From positions 66,898,001 to 66,962,000 of the forward strand of contig NC_042999.1 in the NCBI RefSeq assembly GCF_006345805.1: DNA of 64,000 nucleotides. Direction: 5' to 3'. Positions 63,990 to 64,000 of this stretch are shown in pieces. This DNA comes from Octopus sinensis (lineage: Eukaryota). The number at the start of each line of letters is the position of its first letter. The first letter of the stretch is position 1. The notes under the pieces were generated by a model. It saw nothing but the letters and a program-made list of their open reading frames with translations. It did not search any database and was not told the origin of the DNA. A program made the translations under genes and the position numbers.

Positions 63990-64000
63990 TTGTATATTTC
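63200..64000 (+). repeat. (TATG)n/(GT)n-rich low-complexity tract with recurring ggaataagtg / gtgactat units
   Basis: Direct reading. Confidence 0.85.

Overview
AT-rich, repeat-saturated animal DNA (intergenic or intronic). The SINE, MITE and microsatellite landscape resembles an Octopus genome; this is inferred from repeat families I recall, not from a database search. I found no intact host protein-coding gene, and most ORF-track entries are microsatellite translations. Contents: (i) many tRNA-derived SINE copies of several families; (ii) decayed transposon coding remnants: three CR1/L2-clade LINE fragments, an R4/Dong-type REL LINE in (TAA)n, a mariner transposase, a rearranged Helitron Rep fragment and several Penelope-like element (PLE) fragments; (iii) hAT, Tc1/mariner and TTAA-type MITEs plus several fold-back elements; (iv) one 100-N gap. 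The most notable signal is a set of at least six unrelated repeat families carrying type I hammerhead ribozyme (HHR) folds. These include a ~3.4 kb tandem-plus-inverted array of ~473 bp HHR units (44127-47553, retrozyme-like), a tRNA-headed (Pol III box) element ending in a minimal dimer-type HHR, and HHR folds with non-canonical cores (CUGUNGA, CCGCCGU). All folds were read by eye, and no activity is demonstrated. Boundaries of degenerate repeats are approximate (about +/-10-20 bp).
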